From assembly GCF_009914755.1 (NCBI RefSeq), contig NC_060947.1: 64,000 nt of DNA; one strand, written 5' to 3'. The notes under the pieces are model-generated. The model was not told where the DNA came from. It made no database searches and saw nothing but the letters and a program-made list of their open reading frames with translations. Made by a program: the position numbers and the translations under genes. Origin of the DNA: the human T2T-CHM13v2.0 reference genome, Homo sapiens. Numbering within the stretch: the first letter of the stretch is position 1; every line of letters begins with the position of its first letter. This document shows positions 38,442 to 58,760 of the stretch, one piece after another.

Positions 38442-38525
38442 TCTGAACAAGTGTCGGAGGCCGAGTTACTCCCACAGCTGAGCAGAGCCCCATCCCAGGC
38501 TGCAGAAAGTAGTCCAGCAAAGAAG
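38442..38525 (+). CDS. REPS2: REPS2 coding exon (84 nt, phase 0-0) SEQVSEAELLPQLSRAPSQAAESSPAKK
   Basis: ctctctgatctcttgctacag| acceptor, AAG|gtaagg donor; 28 open codons matching recalled REPS2. Confidence 0.94.
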
Positions 38526-39230
38526 GTAAGGTCAGCCTGAGGATGCTGTCAGATGGCGTTGCGAGTCCCACCCCGGGCTTCTTATCTCTATTAGCTGATC
38601 TATTGTTTTAAGGTTTCTGTGTCCTGAAATGAATGTCAATGATCCAGATTTCCTAGAATGTGGGTTCTTTGTGAAGATTGGGGTCCTGAAGATTCCTGGG
38701 CTTGACCCTTGATGCATTTTGTACATGACAGTACATACTCAACCTCCTTAGCCCCCCAGCTAAACATGGTGGCCTTGTTTATGGCAAGAGCTAAAAGGGC
38801 TGTGGGGAGGGACAGATGTCTTTAGCAACACCCCATCCACCTGCTAAGCCTCTGTGAATACCTCTTGGGGTGGGGTAGTCTCTCCTTTTTGGTCTTTGTA
38901 CCATGGTTTCCTCTTGCATCGTGGCATTTTCACCTGGCATCTGCCCAGCCATGCCATTGGGTCACCTGTAATTTGCTCAGTAAGTACCCCTCACTCATCA
39001 TGCTCTCCATTCATCTCCTCACCCTCTTCTTGTCCTTCTCCCAGGCTCTTCTTTCAGAGAGAGTGGGCCTTGGGCTCAGGAGCACAGGTGAGGTAGAGTC
39101 CTCCAAAGAAGCAGACCAACTGTGTCCTTCCAGAATACACTGTGGCTCTTTTTCTTGACTTTATGTAGGAATTGGGGATAGGAGAATGATGAGCATATGA
39201 CTAAGACCTTTAAAAACTTCCAAAGCTTAG

Positions 39231-39539
<309 letters not shown>

Positions 39540-39878
39540 AAAATTTAGGTTTAAAAGGCTTCAAAGTGAGGCAGGAGCCTATCTTGTCTTCAGTTAGGAA
39601 AGGCCCCATGGTGTGAGATGCACACAGGGTCTGTGTGAGTTTCAGGTGACAAGAAGTAATAGACTTCTTGAAACATTTAAAAAGAAAAAGAAAAAAGGGA
39701 AGACCACTGGACTCTGATGCCTGTGTCCCCCCAGTTCTTGCTGAGCCATGGGTCAGTAAATAGAGTACCCTCCTGATCTTGGGGTTGGGGCTAAAGGCAT
39801 GTGGGACACTGGAAGGAAGAGTGGAGGGAACATTGAAATGTTTAACTTTTTAATTTTTATTTTGTTTTAAATCCACAG

Positions 39879-40024
39879 GATGTACTGTATTCTCAGCCAC
39901 CATCAAAGCCCATTCGTAGGAAATTCAGACCAGAAAACCAAGCTACAGAAAACCAAGAGCCTTCCACTGCTGCAAGTGGGCCAGCTTCTGCGGCAACCAT
40001 GAAACCGCATCCAACAGTCCAAAA
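39879..40024 (+). CDS. REPS2: REPS2 coding exon (146 nt, phase 0->2) DVLYSQPPSKPIRRKFRPENQATENQEPSTAASGPASAATMKPHPTVQ(K)
   Basis: T-rich tract and atccacag| acceptor, AA|gtaagt donor; open frame continuous with flanking exons. Confidence 0.95.
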
Positions 40025-41229
40025 GTAAGTAGACCACATAAACAAGAGTGAGGTAGGAATCTCGCTCTGAGATGTCGACGGATATGTAAATGTGTTGACA
40101 TTTACGTGCGCACCAACAGAAGGATTTCATGGTTGTAAGTTTATCTTGCTCATCTCTGTGATGGGATTCAAGTCTCCCAGTCACATAGAAGGCTTTATAA
40201 GCTATAGGACTTAACCTGACCTAAAGGGGCAGGCGAGTCCTAGGCTGTGGTGTTTGGTTTGGTTTGATTTCTTTCCCTTCCTCTCACCTTCTGTTGTTTC
40301 CTACTCCTCTTCCTTGTGAGGGCCCAAATTTTCCTGGCAAGATGAAAGTATTGTAAGTGGCAATTTTGCCTCTCTGCCTGTGTTATCTCCTTTTCCTTCA
40401 GGGCAAATGGCTAGCTCCTTCACCCACAGACACACTTTCAGTAGGTGTGGTATGTGATTCTTTTAAAATCTCCGTAAAGAGTTTCTGTTGTTGGTCGCCT
40501 CAGCACAGAATGGATACATGCAGAACTTCCATTATATTTATCTAACCAGCTGGAACAGGTATTGGAGGGAGGGTGAAGACACCTGTGGACATGGCCAGGG
40601 ACTGAGACAATGATGCTCTGGACAAACTATCCTTCTCTGTAAAACTTTGGCTTTGAGAAGAGCCATCACTTGCTTCAATTTCTTTGTAGTGAAATTGAGG
40701 GAGGTGTTGAGGACAGAAACCTGCTCCTGTCACTTGACTGCAAGTGAGCCTGACCGGTCACTAACATAAATGCTCAAGACCCATCATGACCCTGCTTTTG
40801 GGGTCTTGCAGGTCTCAGATGCTGCTGCAGATTTTCTTCTGCTTACACGTTGTAGAACGAAAAGCAGCAGGTTCTGTGGGAGATGTTAGCAACTTGTCTT
40901 TGAAGCCAAAGTCCCATTCTGAATCTCTGCAGCCCTCTCCTTCAGAAGATTTTCTTTTTTTCAAATGGACAGGTCCCTGGTGGTATCAGTCCATAAAGGA
41001 AGTATATTTTGTTCATCACATTCACCGAGAACTTTGACCATCTTCCAGCCCCTGTTAAGCCTGGAAGGTGAAGAATCCCTATCAGGGACAAAGATGGCTC
41101 AATTTTCTTCCATGTTCTACCCCAGCACTCCACTTTAATTTCAGCTTTATGTTCATTTTAGTCAGCAGTGGCTTAACAGTCTCCAGAGTAGATGTCAGGG
41201 CATCTGGTGGAGTTCATACAGAGATCTTT

Positions 41230-42220
41230 TCTTTTTCTCTTTTTTATAACAGCTTTATTGCAATATAATTCACATAGCATACAGTTCATGTTTTTAAATG
41301 TACAATTCAGTGGTTCTTAGTTTATTCACAAAGTCATGCAACCATCACCACAATCTAACTTTTGTCATGCCTAAAATAATATATATCCACGCCCATTAGC
41401 AATCACTCCCCATTCTCTCCTTCCCCCTCAGCCCCTGGCAACCACGAATCTCCTTTCTGTCTCCATGGCTTTGCATATTCTTGTCATTTCACATAAATGG
41501 AATAATGAAACGTGGTCTTTTGTGACTGGCTTCTTTCACTTAGCATAATATTTTCAAGGTTTATCCAAGTTGTAGCATAAATCTGAACTTATCTTTTTAT
41601 GGCTGAATAATATTCCATTGTATGGATAGACCACATTTTATTCATCCATTCATCAGTCAATGGACATTTTGGTTATTTCTGCTTTTTTGGCTCTTAAGAG
41701 TAATGCCACTATACTGTTTGTGTACATGTTTTTGTGTGGACTTACATTTTCATTTCTCTTGGGTCTGTACCTAGGAGTGGAATTGCTAGGTCATGTGGTA
41801 ACTCTGTCTTTAATATTTCGAAGAACTACCACACTTTTCATAGTGGCTGCACCATTTTATGTTCCCGTTGGCAACGTATGAGGGTTCCAATTTCTCCATT
41901 TTGTCAACACTTATCTTTTTTTTTTATTATAGCCATCCTAGTGAGTGTGAAGTGTGATCTCATGGTTTTGATTTGCATTTCTTTTGTGGCTAACGACATT
42001 GATCATCTTTTCATGTGCCTATTGGCCATTTGTTTATCTTCTTTGGAGAAATGTGTATTCACACCCTTTACCCACTTTTAATTGGATTATTAATCTTTTT
42101 ACTTTTGAGTTATGAATTCTTTATATATTCTGGATACAACTCCCTTGTTAGATATATGAGAAAATTGAGCCCTCTTTGTAAATATTTTCTCTCATTCTGT
42201 GGGCTGTCTTTTCACTTTCT
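41230..42220 (-). mobile_element. L1MB-like 3' end, followed by an antisense AluJ (42220-42526)
   Basis: acagctttattg..ataattcaca, gactggcttctttcacttagcataat motifs. Confidence 0.85.
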
Positions 42221-43473
42221 ATTTTTTATTTTTATTTTTTAGAGACAAAGTCTCACTCTGTCACCCAGGCTGGGGTGCAGTAGCATGATCATGGCTCATT
42301 GTAGCCTCGAATTCCTGGGCTCAAGTGATCCTTTCCCCCTCAGCCTCCTGAGTAGCTGGAACTACAGGCATGAGCCACCATTCCCAGCCAATTTCATTTT
42401 ATTTTTTATAGTGATGGAGTCTTACTATGTTGCCCAGTCTGGTCTCAAACTCCTGGCCTCAAGTGATCATCCTGCCTCAACCTCTCAAAGTGCTGGGATT
42501 ACAGGCCTGAGCCACTGCACCCAGCCAATTATCAATATTAATCAGATCTGTACAGTGGTCACAGTCCATTCTAGTTCAGTTGCTCTTTTCTAGAACCTAT
42601 CTCCCAGTAATGGCACATATGGCTGTTTTTCTAGGAGAACATCAGTTGCTCTTTTGCTCTAAGAATTCGGTGTTTCTTGCTGTGGGATGAAAGGTTGTAG
42701 ATTATCCCTGTGGTAACTGCACTGATTTATCATCCCAACCATGGACGGTTTTGAAAAGTAAAGAGAGTGCTAATGTACTTATGCTGGACAGACAGTTTTA
42801 AATGGAGACTGTAATGGGCGCAGTAGGATGCGTGGTCACTCTGGTTATGCGTGTTCTGTGAATTTGTTGTTAATTGGGAAATACTGGTATTAAAACGTTC
42901 TGTATTTTTCTCAAGAGCCACAGATATATGCTGGTCCATGCACATACACGAGTGCACATTTATGCACACACACACATATACTTAGGCATTCATGCCTAAT
43001 AATACATAAGGTAGAGGTAGGTAGTCTGGCTAAGTTAATGTAGAATTTTTGCTAAAAATAATGTTCTTGTATTATTTTCCTTCAGACTTGTTCACAGGGG
43101 ACACCTGCAGGTCTTCTAAGTGCTATTAATTCTTACACAAAAAGGGCATTCCAGTTAATATGGTTTGTCAGGAAGAAATACTTATTAAAATGTCTTGGAA
43201 TAAATGGAACACAAATGTTTGAAAAGGCCCATTTCACAGCTTTTATTCAAGTTATAAAATGGGAATTACTTCAGGTGTAAATAATTCATCCCAATAAATT
43301 TGTTTCATTTGGTGTCTATCTTCCTGACCGCCTGTGAATATGAGATTTTATTTTTGGAGCCCTGTGTTGTTAACCACTTGTTAGTTTAACACCTCTCATG
43401 AATCAGAGTTCTGACCCTCAAGGGTCCAGACCTCTAAGTCCTTTTTCACTGAAGTGTTTGTGCTTTTCTATAG

Positions 43474-43579
43474 GCAGTCTTCCAAACAGAAGAAGGCCAT
43501 TCAAACTGCTATCCGCAAAAATAAAGAGGCAAACGCAGTGCTGGCTCGGCTGAACAGTGAGCTCCAGCAGCAGCTCAAG
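43474..43579 (+). CDS. REPS2: REPS2 coding exon (106 nt, phase 2->0) [35 protein letters not shown]; coiled coil (RALBP1-binding region)
   Basis: tgcttttctatag| acceptor, AAG|gtaagg donor; [14 protein letters not shown] is the REPS1/REPS2 family C-terminal motif. Confidence 0.96.
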
Positions 43580-44141
43580 GTAAGGAATGAGTCCCAGATT
43601 TGGATGACCAGGCTTTTCCCTGGCTTTTAAAAAGCTTTTTTTAAATTTAATAGGCATATAATAATTGTACATATTTATAGGGTGGGGTACATAGTGATGT
43701 CTCCATACCTATCATGTACAGTGATCTGATGTGTCCATTGGCTGACCATTTAGTTCCATCCCTGTTGATAAGACTTGCCTCTTCGTTCTCAAACCCTTTT
43801 TGGAAGGTGGAGAATTACTGTATTTAAGTTTCATGGGTTGGTTCTTGCATAGTCAGAGGAAGACTAGTGACTTTAATATGTAGGCTTCATATTGTGTATG
43901 AGTTAAAAGGAAAGACAATCTATTACGAAGGCTGTTTGAAGCATTCTTTATTATCCAAAGCTTCTGGGTAAGCCCTTAATTATTTACATCCTCTCTGAAA
44001 GAGGATGTAAATACTTATTTCAGTAGAAGGAAGTCACCTTGGTACTATCAAAGCCCAGCCCCTCCTCTGGTGCCTTGCAAATGGTTCCATTTCACCTTCT
44101 CAATGACATCACCCCTGTTTCTCTTCATCGTTACTCTCCCC

Positions 44142-44618
44142 TGTGTTAGTTTCTCGGGGCTGCTATAACAAAATACTACAAATGTGGTGGCTTAAGATAA
44201 CCAAAAATGATTCTCTCACAGCTCTGGAGGCTAGAACTCTGAAATCAAGATATTGGCAGAGCTATGATCTCTTTGAAGGCTCTAGAAGATGATCCTTCCT
44301 TACCTCTTCCCAGCTTCTGATGTTGCTGGCAGCCCTGGGCATTCCTTGGCTTGTAGCTGCGTCACTCCAATCTCTGCCTCTGTTGTCACATGGCCTTCTT
44401 CCTGTATCTCTCTGTGTCTGTGTCCAAATTTCTCTTCTTATTGTATCCTCTTATAAGGACACCAATCATTGGATTAGGACCCACCCTAATCTAGCATGAC
44501 CTCATCTTAACTTGATTACATCTGCAAAGAACCTATTTGCATATAAGGTCACATTTACAGATACTGGGGGTTAGGACTTAAACATATATTTTGAGAGGAC
44601 ATGATTCTACCCACTATA
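44142..44618. mobile_element. MaLR solo LTR (MLT1B/C-like)
   Basis: tgtgttagtttctcggggctgctataacaaa ... ggggttaggactt; 5-bp TSD TCCCC. Confidence 0.85.
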
Positions 44619-45353
44619 TCCCCCAGTTCTCTACTGGATCATTCGCCATCCACATGTAAATATGCTCCAGTATTGTCCATTACACTTGGCCAATTACTGC
44701 CTCATTTCTTTGGTCCCCTTCACAGCAAAGTTTCTTAGGAGTGGTTTTATTCATTATCTTTACTTTCAAACCAGTAATTTTCTCTTCCTTCCACTTCAGT
44801 TGGCTTCGTCCTCCTCCACTCACACCCGTCTTGTGGCTAAATCCAATAGGGCTGTTTTAATATTATTATTTTTTTTTCAGAAGAATTCTACACAATTGAT
44901 CATTTCCTCCTCTGAAATGGCTTTTATAACTGGTTTTTGACATACCATACTCTCCTGGTTTTCCTTCTGCTTCACTGGTGCTTCCCATTTTCATTCTCTG
45001 CTGTCTCTTCCTTCCCTGACTTAACTTTTATACCCCAACCCCATTTGCCCCAATATTTTAGTATGAAAATTTTCAAACATACAGGAAAGTTGAAAGAATC
45101 ATAAGTGACTGCTTGTATAGACATCACTTCAGTTCTACAATAACATTTTACTATACTTATTTTTAATCACATATCTACCCATTTATCCTTGTGTCCATCA
45201 GTTCATCTTATTTTTGACATATTTTCAAATAAATTGCAGATATCTGTATACTTTCCCTGAATATTTTAGCATGCGTATAATTAGCTAGAGTTCAATATAT
45301 TTTTACAGTTTTTTCTTATGATGTAAAATGTTTATACAAAATGCATGCACAAA

Positions 45354-45354
<1 letters not shown>

Positions 45355-45399
<45 letters not shown>

Positions 45400-45680
45400 T
45401 GAGATGGAGTCTCGCTCTGTCGCCCACGCTGGAGTGCGGTGGCGTGATCTCTGCTCACTGCAAGCTCCGCCTCCTGGGTTCACACCATTCTTCTGGCTTA
45501 GCCTCCTGAGTAGCTGGGACTACAGGCGCCTGCCACCACGCCCGGCCAACTTTTTGTATTTTTAGTAGAGGTGGGGTTTCACTGTGTTAGCCAGGTTGGT
45601 CTCGATTTCCTGACCTTGTGATCTGCCCGCCTAGGTCTCCCAGAGTGCTGGGATTACAGGCGTGAGCCACCGCGCCAGCG
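45355..45680 (-). mobile_element. AluY with (TTA)n tail STR, nested in an antisense L1M (~45050-46430)
   Basis: About 14 TTA units; TSD A(T/C)GCACAAA. Confidence 0.88.
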
Positions 45681-46449
45681 CACGCACAAACCTTAAGTGT
45701 ACATTTGCTGAGTTTGTAACAAGTACATGTACTTACGGAATCCAAACCCCCAAAAAGATAGAGAATATTACCATCACCCCAGGAAGCTCCCTCATGCTTT
45801 TTCCTAGTCAATTCCTGCCCTACCCACACAGAGGCAATCACTATTCTAATTTTTATACCATAGTTTTGCCTGTTCTATAACTTTATATAAGCGGTGTCTT
45901 ACAACTTATACTTCTTGTAAAGCTTCTTTCACTAAGTATTATGTTTTTGAGATTCATTTATATTGTTGTGTGTATCAGTAATTCATTCATTTTTATTGAT
46001 GAGTAGTATCCCATTGGGTGAATATGTTACAGTTTGGTTATCAATTCTATTGACAGACACCTGAGCGGTTTCCAGTTTTTGGCAATTTGGAATAAAACTG
46101 CATTTTTTAATAAGTCTCTGTATGGAAATATGTTCTCATTTCTCTTGGATTGGGATTCGTAGGTATCATGGTAAGTGTATGTGATTAGTTTCTGAGAAAC
46201 TGCTAGATCATTTTCCAAGGTGGTTGTAGCAATCTGTACTCCTACCACTAATGTATGAGAGTTCCAATTGTTCCGCGTCTTTGCCAACATTTGGTGTTAT
46301 GATTCTTATTAATTTTAGCTAGCCCTGTAGTGATATAGTTTTTATCATCTCCTTGCTGACTAATTATGTTGTCCACTTTTCTTTGTGATTATTTACCTTT
46401 CATATCTTACTTTATGAAATATCTTTTCAAATGTTATTTTTCTCCAAAG

Positions 46450-47900
46450 TAGTCTATAGATTTATTACAAAACCAATAAAAATCCCAGCAGGATTTTTTG
46501 TGAGTATAGACAAGCTAATCCCAAAACTTATATGTAAAGGCCAAGGAGCTGGAATTGCTTAAACAAATTTGAAAAGGAAGAACAAAGTTGGAGGAATCAC
46601 TTTACTGTCAAGCTCCAGTAATCAAGATGCTGATGCACAGGTCAGTGGAATAGGATACAGAGTCCTGAAATAGACCACATGAAAACAGCCATTTGATCTT
46701 TGACAAAGGTGCAAAATCGATTCAATGAGAAATAATAGTTTTCAACAAATTGTTTTATAACAATTTGTCATTTGCATTTAAAAAAATAACCTTGATCTAA
46801 GCCTCACATCTATACAGAGATTAACTTGAAATGAGTCATAGATGTAAATGTAAAACATAGAGCTATAAAATTTTTAGAAGAAAACAGAAAAATCTTCATG
46901 ATCTGGAGTTAGAAATAACACCAAAAGCACAATCTATAACAGAGAAAAACTAAAAAAATTGGACTTCATCAAAATTAAAACCTTTTATTTTGCCAAGCAC
47001 AGTTAAGAAAATTAAGAGACAAGCTGCTGAGTGGGAGAAAGTATTTGCAAAACACGTATTTGATAAAAGACTTATATCTCAATTATATAAAGAACTCTTA
47101 AAACTCAATAATAAGAACTCTCAAAACCAAAGCATCTCAATTTAAAAATGGGCAAAGGATTTGAACAGACACTTCACTAAAGAATATATAAAGATGGCAA
47201 ATAAGTACATGAGAAGATATTCAACATCATTAGCCATTTGGGAAATGCAAATTTAAACCACAATTACATACCACTATACACATACTAGAATTGCTAAAAC
47301 AAAAAATGTGACATCACCAAGTGCTGGCAATTAGAACTCTCATTTATTGGTGGTGGGAATGCAGAATGGTACCACCACTCTGAAAAATCGTTCAGCAGTT
47401 TCCTATGAAGTTATACATACACTAACCATGTGACTCAGCTGTCTCTCTACCTTAGTGAAATGAAAATTTATGTTCGCTCAAAAATCTATATATGAACTTA
47501 CATAGCAGTTTTATTCATGATAGCCCAAACCTGGAAACAACACAAATGTCCTTCAAAAGATGAATGAATAAATTGGGATACATTCATACAATGGAATAGT
47601 ACTCAACAGAGAAAAGAAATGATACACAACTTGGATGAAACTCAGACATTATGCAGAGTGAGACAAGCCAGTATCAAAAGGTTGTGTACTGTATGATTCC
47701 TTTTATTTGACATTCTTGAAAAGGTAAAACTATAGTGATGTGAAACAAATCAGTGGCTATCAGGGGTTATGCATGAGATGAGAGTTTGTATGAGTAGTCC
47801 CAGGGAACTTTTGGGGTTGGTTGAACTGTAATGTGTCTTCTTTGTGGTGGTGGTTACACAAATCTGTACACTAAAAGAAAAAAATTGTTTTACCCTATGA
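46450..47900 (+). mobile_element. L1MC/MD-like ORF2 end and 3' UTR
   Basis: ttgatctttgacaaaggtgcaaa, ggacttcatcaaaattaaaa, tgaacagacacttcactaaaga motifs. Confidence 0.85.
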
Positions 47901-48410
47901 TAATTTTAAAAAGTTATTTTTTAAATTTCAAAGTTCATTCTGTTTTCTAAAACTTTGTATGTGAACTTGTTTTGTTTTGCATTTTGTTTGGTTTTGGTTT
48001 TCTCCTCTCTCCCTCTGCTTTGGGGTAGGCCAGTTTCATCCATTGTTCTCTACATTTGGTGGGCCCTTTTAATTTGGAAACTGATATTCCCCAGTTCTGA
48101 AGGGTTTTTTATTTTCATTTTTGTTGTCGTTGATTATTTCCTCCCCCCTGCCCTCACCCCCATTTTTTTCTCATTCTCCCTTACTGATATTCAGACATTG
48201 GACTTCTTAGCTTAGTTCTCTAATTTTCTCATATTTTCTCTTCTGTTTTCTTTCTTTTCTCTTCCTACATTTTCTTCTTTATTTTTGTCTATTTCTGGAA
48301 ACTTAATTATATATTCTAAATCTTCTGTTGTTTAATAACCAATAATTTTTTGTTCTCTGTTTATTTTTGACGGTATCCTATTCTTGTTTCATTGTTGTGA
48401 TCTTTTTTTT

Positions 48411-48446
48411 AATTATACTTTAAGTTCTGGGAAACATGTGCAGAAC
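48411..48446 (-). mobile_element. Ultra-short L1PA 3' insertion
   Basis: aattatactttaagttctgggaaacatgtgcagaac flanked by GTTGTGATCTTTTTTT on both sides. Confidence 0.85.
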
Positions 48447-49143
48447 TCGTTGTGATCTTTTTTTATGGTCATTTTTCTTTCTTCTTCCTGAATAGTTTGT
48501 GTTTGTTGTGTTGTGTTGTATGTGCTTTATCTTAGATGCTTTCCTTTGATATCTGATGGCCCTTCTTTGCTCATATTTAAAAGGAAGATGAAAACACTGA
48601 TTAGAAGTTCATTGTACGTTGTAAGGCTTGTCAACTCTGAGCTTCACTGTCTGGCAATTTGGCTCGGCTGTATAGTTGGGGAACCCCCAAAGGGAGTATG
48701 ATTAGCTCTTTCCTCTTGGTCTGGTTGGAGTGTCCAGAGTGGAGACTGTTTTGGTCACCTACATGGAGGGATAGAGTTGGTTCAGTGGAGCAAGAGGGCT
48801 GTAGGTCTCAGCATTCCAGGATATTCATTCACTCTCCCTATTTCTGGCCCAGTATCTTGTCCTCAACTGTGCTTGTTTCTTGCTAATCCAGATGCTCTCT
48901 GTTGTACCTTTTCAAGAAATAAACCTTCAGCATTCTGCCCTGGTGGCAGGAATGATCTGGGGATCTAATTGCTTCTGAAACAGATTTTCAGCCAACACTT
49001 ATTTTAGCCAACTCCCATCTCCCCTTATGTACTCCCACTTTAATAGGTATCTGGTGTTGCCAATTTGAGTCTTTCAGGAATTCTCCTACGTAAAATCAAG
49101 TTGGTTCTTATTTTTCTTCATGTTAGCCTGGGACTCAGCTTTC

Positions 49144-49668
49144 TTTACTTGATCTGTATGAGTGGAAAAGTTCTAAGTCTAGTGAACAGAAGTCTGAAGA
49201 ATCATTGAAACAGAACTATAGTCATAGCCCCTCAATTAATTCCCAGGCTAAGCCAGTTTATAGATCCAGAACCTCTTGAATGATGAAGGGGCATCTATGT
49301 CTCCTTAAGGAAGGACCCCACTGTGCAGCCAAAAATTTACACTGCAAATCTTTCTCCTAGCCTTTCCTAAGGGGGACCCTGCTGCCATTTACCAGGGTGA
49401 CTGTGCATTAGAGGAAGGGAAATAATTAGACTTTTGGGGAATTACCAGACACTGGCTCTGAACTCACACTAATTCCAGGAGATGCAAAGTGTCACTGTGG
49501 CCCATCAGAGTTGGGGCTTAGGGAGATCAGGTGATCAATGGAGTTTTAGCTTACGTTCGTCTCACAGTGGACCCAGTGGACTCCCAAACTCACCCTATGG
49601 TTATTTCCCTAGCTCTGGAATGGCATGCTTGGAATAGACATACTCAGCAGCTGGCAGAATTCCCACAT
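49144..49668 (+). mobile_element. ERV-L (HERVL-like) internal gag/protease fragment
   Basis: Degenerate aspartic-protease motif LPDTGSELTLIPGD starting at 49442; ggaatagacatactcagcagctggcagaa matches recalled ERV-L sequence. Confidence 0.8.
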
Positions 49669-49879
49669 TTATTTTCCTGGATTTCCTAAGTCATTTACCA
49701 TTCACCAGTTTGCCACTCAGCTTTCAAATTTTATTGCTATCATCTTGTCCCTTTTGTTTTCCCTGTCTTGTGGGTCCGTGACTTTGAAAAGTTGCTGTAT
49801 TGTTTTAGTGGTGCTCCAGGAGGGAGAGAGTGTGGTACCCCTGGTCAGTCTTCCATCTTTACCTGAAACCTCTATCTAT

Positions 49880-51260
<1,381 letters not shown>

Positions 51261-52029
51261 ACTTCCGGCTGGGTGGCTAGGAGAGCATGTGAATAAATAC
51301 TTGTGAAGTTGTATACTGACTATTAGTATGCTGATTCTTCTGAATCTCACAATTCAGCCTTTCTACAGGATTCTTTCCCACCTTGACTGATTCTACTTGA
51401 ATACCTTTATGTGTCCCCTCTCTTCCTGCCAAAAAAATCCGTTTTAGGCCCGAAAGTTTGAATTCCCAAAGAGCAGATTGCTCAGCCTCTTTTCTGCCTT
51501 TCACCCAGATGTTGTACCTTACACCATATGTTGTGCAGAAACTTGGATGAGACTTTGGTGGAGGGGCAACTAGCGTACCTTTTTGGCCCTCAGACCTAAC
51601 TGAGTATGGTGCGGGATTACGAGCCAGAGATTGCAACTAGAAATTTAAGTCCTGTTGGCTCACTGCTCAGTATTGGGAGTCTGTTTTTGCTTTCTGCTTT
51701 CTCCTAGTCTTTTAATTTTTAATGACTCTGTCTACCAGCTACTGATCTTGTCAAAACAGGCTAAAACTAGGGCAGGGTGGTAGAGGGGAGTAGGTCAGTT
51801 TCATTTCATCACGTTCAGAAAGGAGTTGAGAGATTACAAATTGTGAAGCCCCTTTTGTCTGGTCACCAGCATTAAATCTGATACCTCCCAGTCCTCCTGT
51901 TCTTGAGTTATACAGCACTTGTATTTGTGGGTCCAGTTATAAGTTTCCTTTTAAATCTGATGAAGTAGGGATGAATTCAAGAAATGACCCCTTTGCTTTT
52001 TTGTTTTTCTTGTGTTTTGTACAACTCAG

Positions 52030-52098
52030 GAGGTTCATCAAGAACGAATTGCATTGGAAAACCAATTGGAACAACTTCGTCCGGTCACTGTGTTGTGA
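52030..52098 (+). CDS. REPS2: REPS2 terminal coding exon EVHQERIALENQLEQLRPVTVL*
   Basis: Long T/GT tract and ctcag| acceptor; 22 codons then TGA at 52096-52098. Confidence 0.96.
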   Translation, partial: EVHQERIALENQLEQLRPVTVL

Positions 52099-57869
<5,771 letters not shown>

Positions 57870-57890
<21 letters not shown>

Positions 57891-57935
57891 TGTGGGTTTT
57901 ATGGAGTCTTGGTGTCGATATATTGTGGTTTGCAT
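57870..57935 (+). terminator. Distal cleavage/polyadenylation signal
   Basis: AATAAA at 57870-57875 followed ~15 nt later by GU/U-rich tgtgggttttatggagtcttggtgtc...ttgtggtttg. Confidence 0.75.
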
Positions 57936-58570
57936 TTGTTCTCATGTATTTAATGAAAATGATGGGAAAAGGAGTTGGGAGTCTTTCCAATTAAGTCAAA
58001 GTCTGAGATTTGGTTGCTTTTACCTCCTGGTGATCTGAGACAGGTTCTTAAATACCTGCACACAGTAAACACTTGGCAGTCATGGGATATCATGGCTGAC
58101 TCACAGTGCATTTTAAAGATCTGCTAAATTGAAAACTTGGCTCAATGTGGGGCCAGGTTATTTGCTTTATCTTGTCAGTGTTCTTTTGTTCAAAAATATT
58201 CCCATCATGATGTCCTTAGCTGGAGTTGGGGTGATGGGGAAGGATCAGAAAGAGTTGGCTTGAAATCTCGACCAAGTAATCTGGCACCCTAGTTATAGTT
58301 TCTTACCTTTAAAATTTGAATAATTTGAGGAGGCACCTCTCCTATTGGGTGAGGGGTTTTATTCCATATTGTGAATGCAAATGGTGGGCTACAGATAGGA
58401 TATTTCCAATCTAGTAGTCCCAAAGGACAAACTAACTCTGGAAGAATCATCTATCATTTGGCCCATAAGCTTGGACACTGGAGATCACCAGGCCCTGACC
58501 ATTCCTAAGCATTGATGTGGATGACTGGGTCATTTACTTTAGAAATAAAAGGGATCTGAGATAATCTATG

Positions 58571-58760
58571 CAAGCGGTTCTCAAAGTGTGGTCCCCAGAC
58601 CAGCAATATCAGCATCATCAGGGACTTATTAGAAATGCAAATTCTTGCCACCCCTGCCCTGCACCAACTGAATCAGGAACCCTGGTAGTGGGACCCAGCA
58701 ATCCCTGTGTTCATAAGCCCTCTGGGTGATGCTGATGTACGCTAAAGCTGGAACTACTGA
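58571..58760. mobile_element. MER5A
   Basis: ggttctcaaagtgtggtccccagaccagc..ttagaaatgcaaattc. Confidence 0.85.

Noticed and set aside
52027-52032. CAGGAG tandem (NAGNAG) acceptor
   Set aside because: GAG is rarely used as an acceptor; no support from sequence alone
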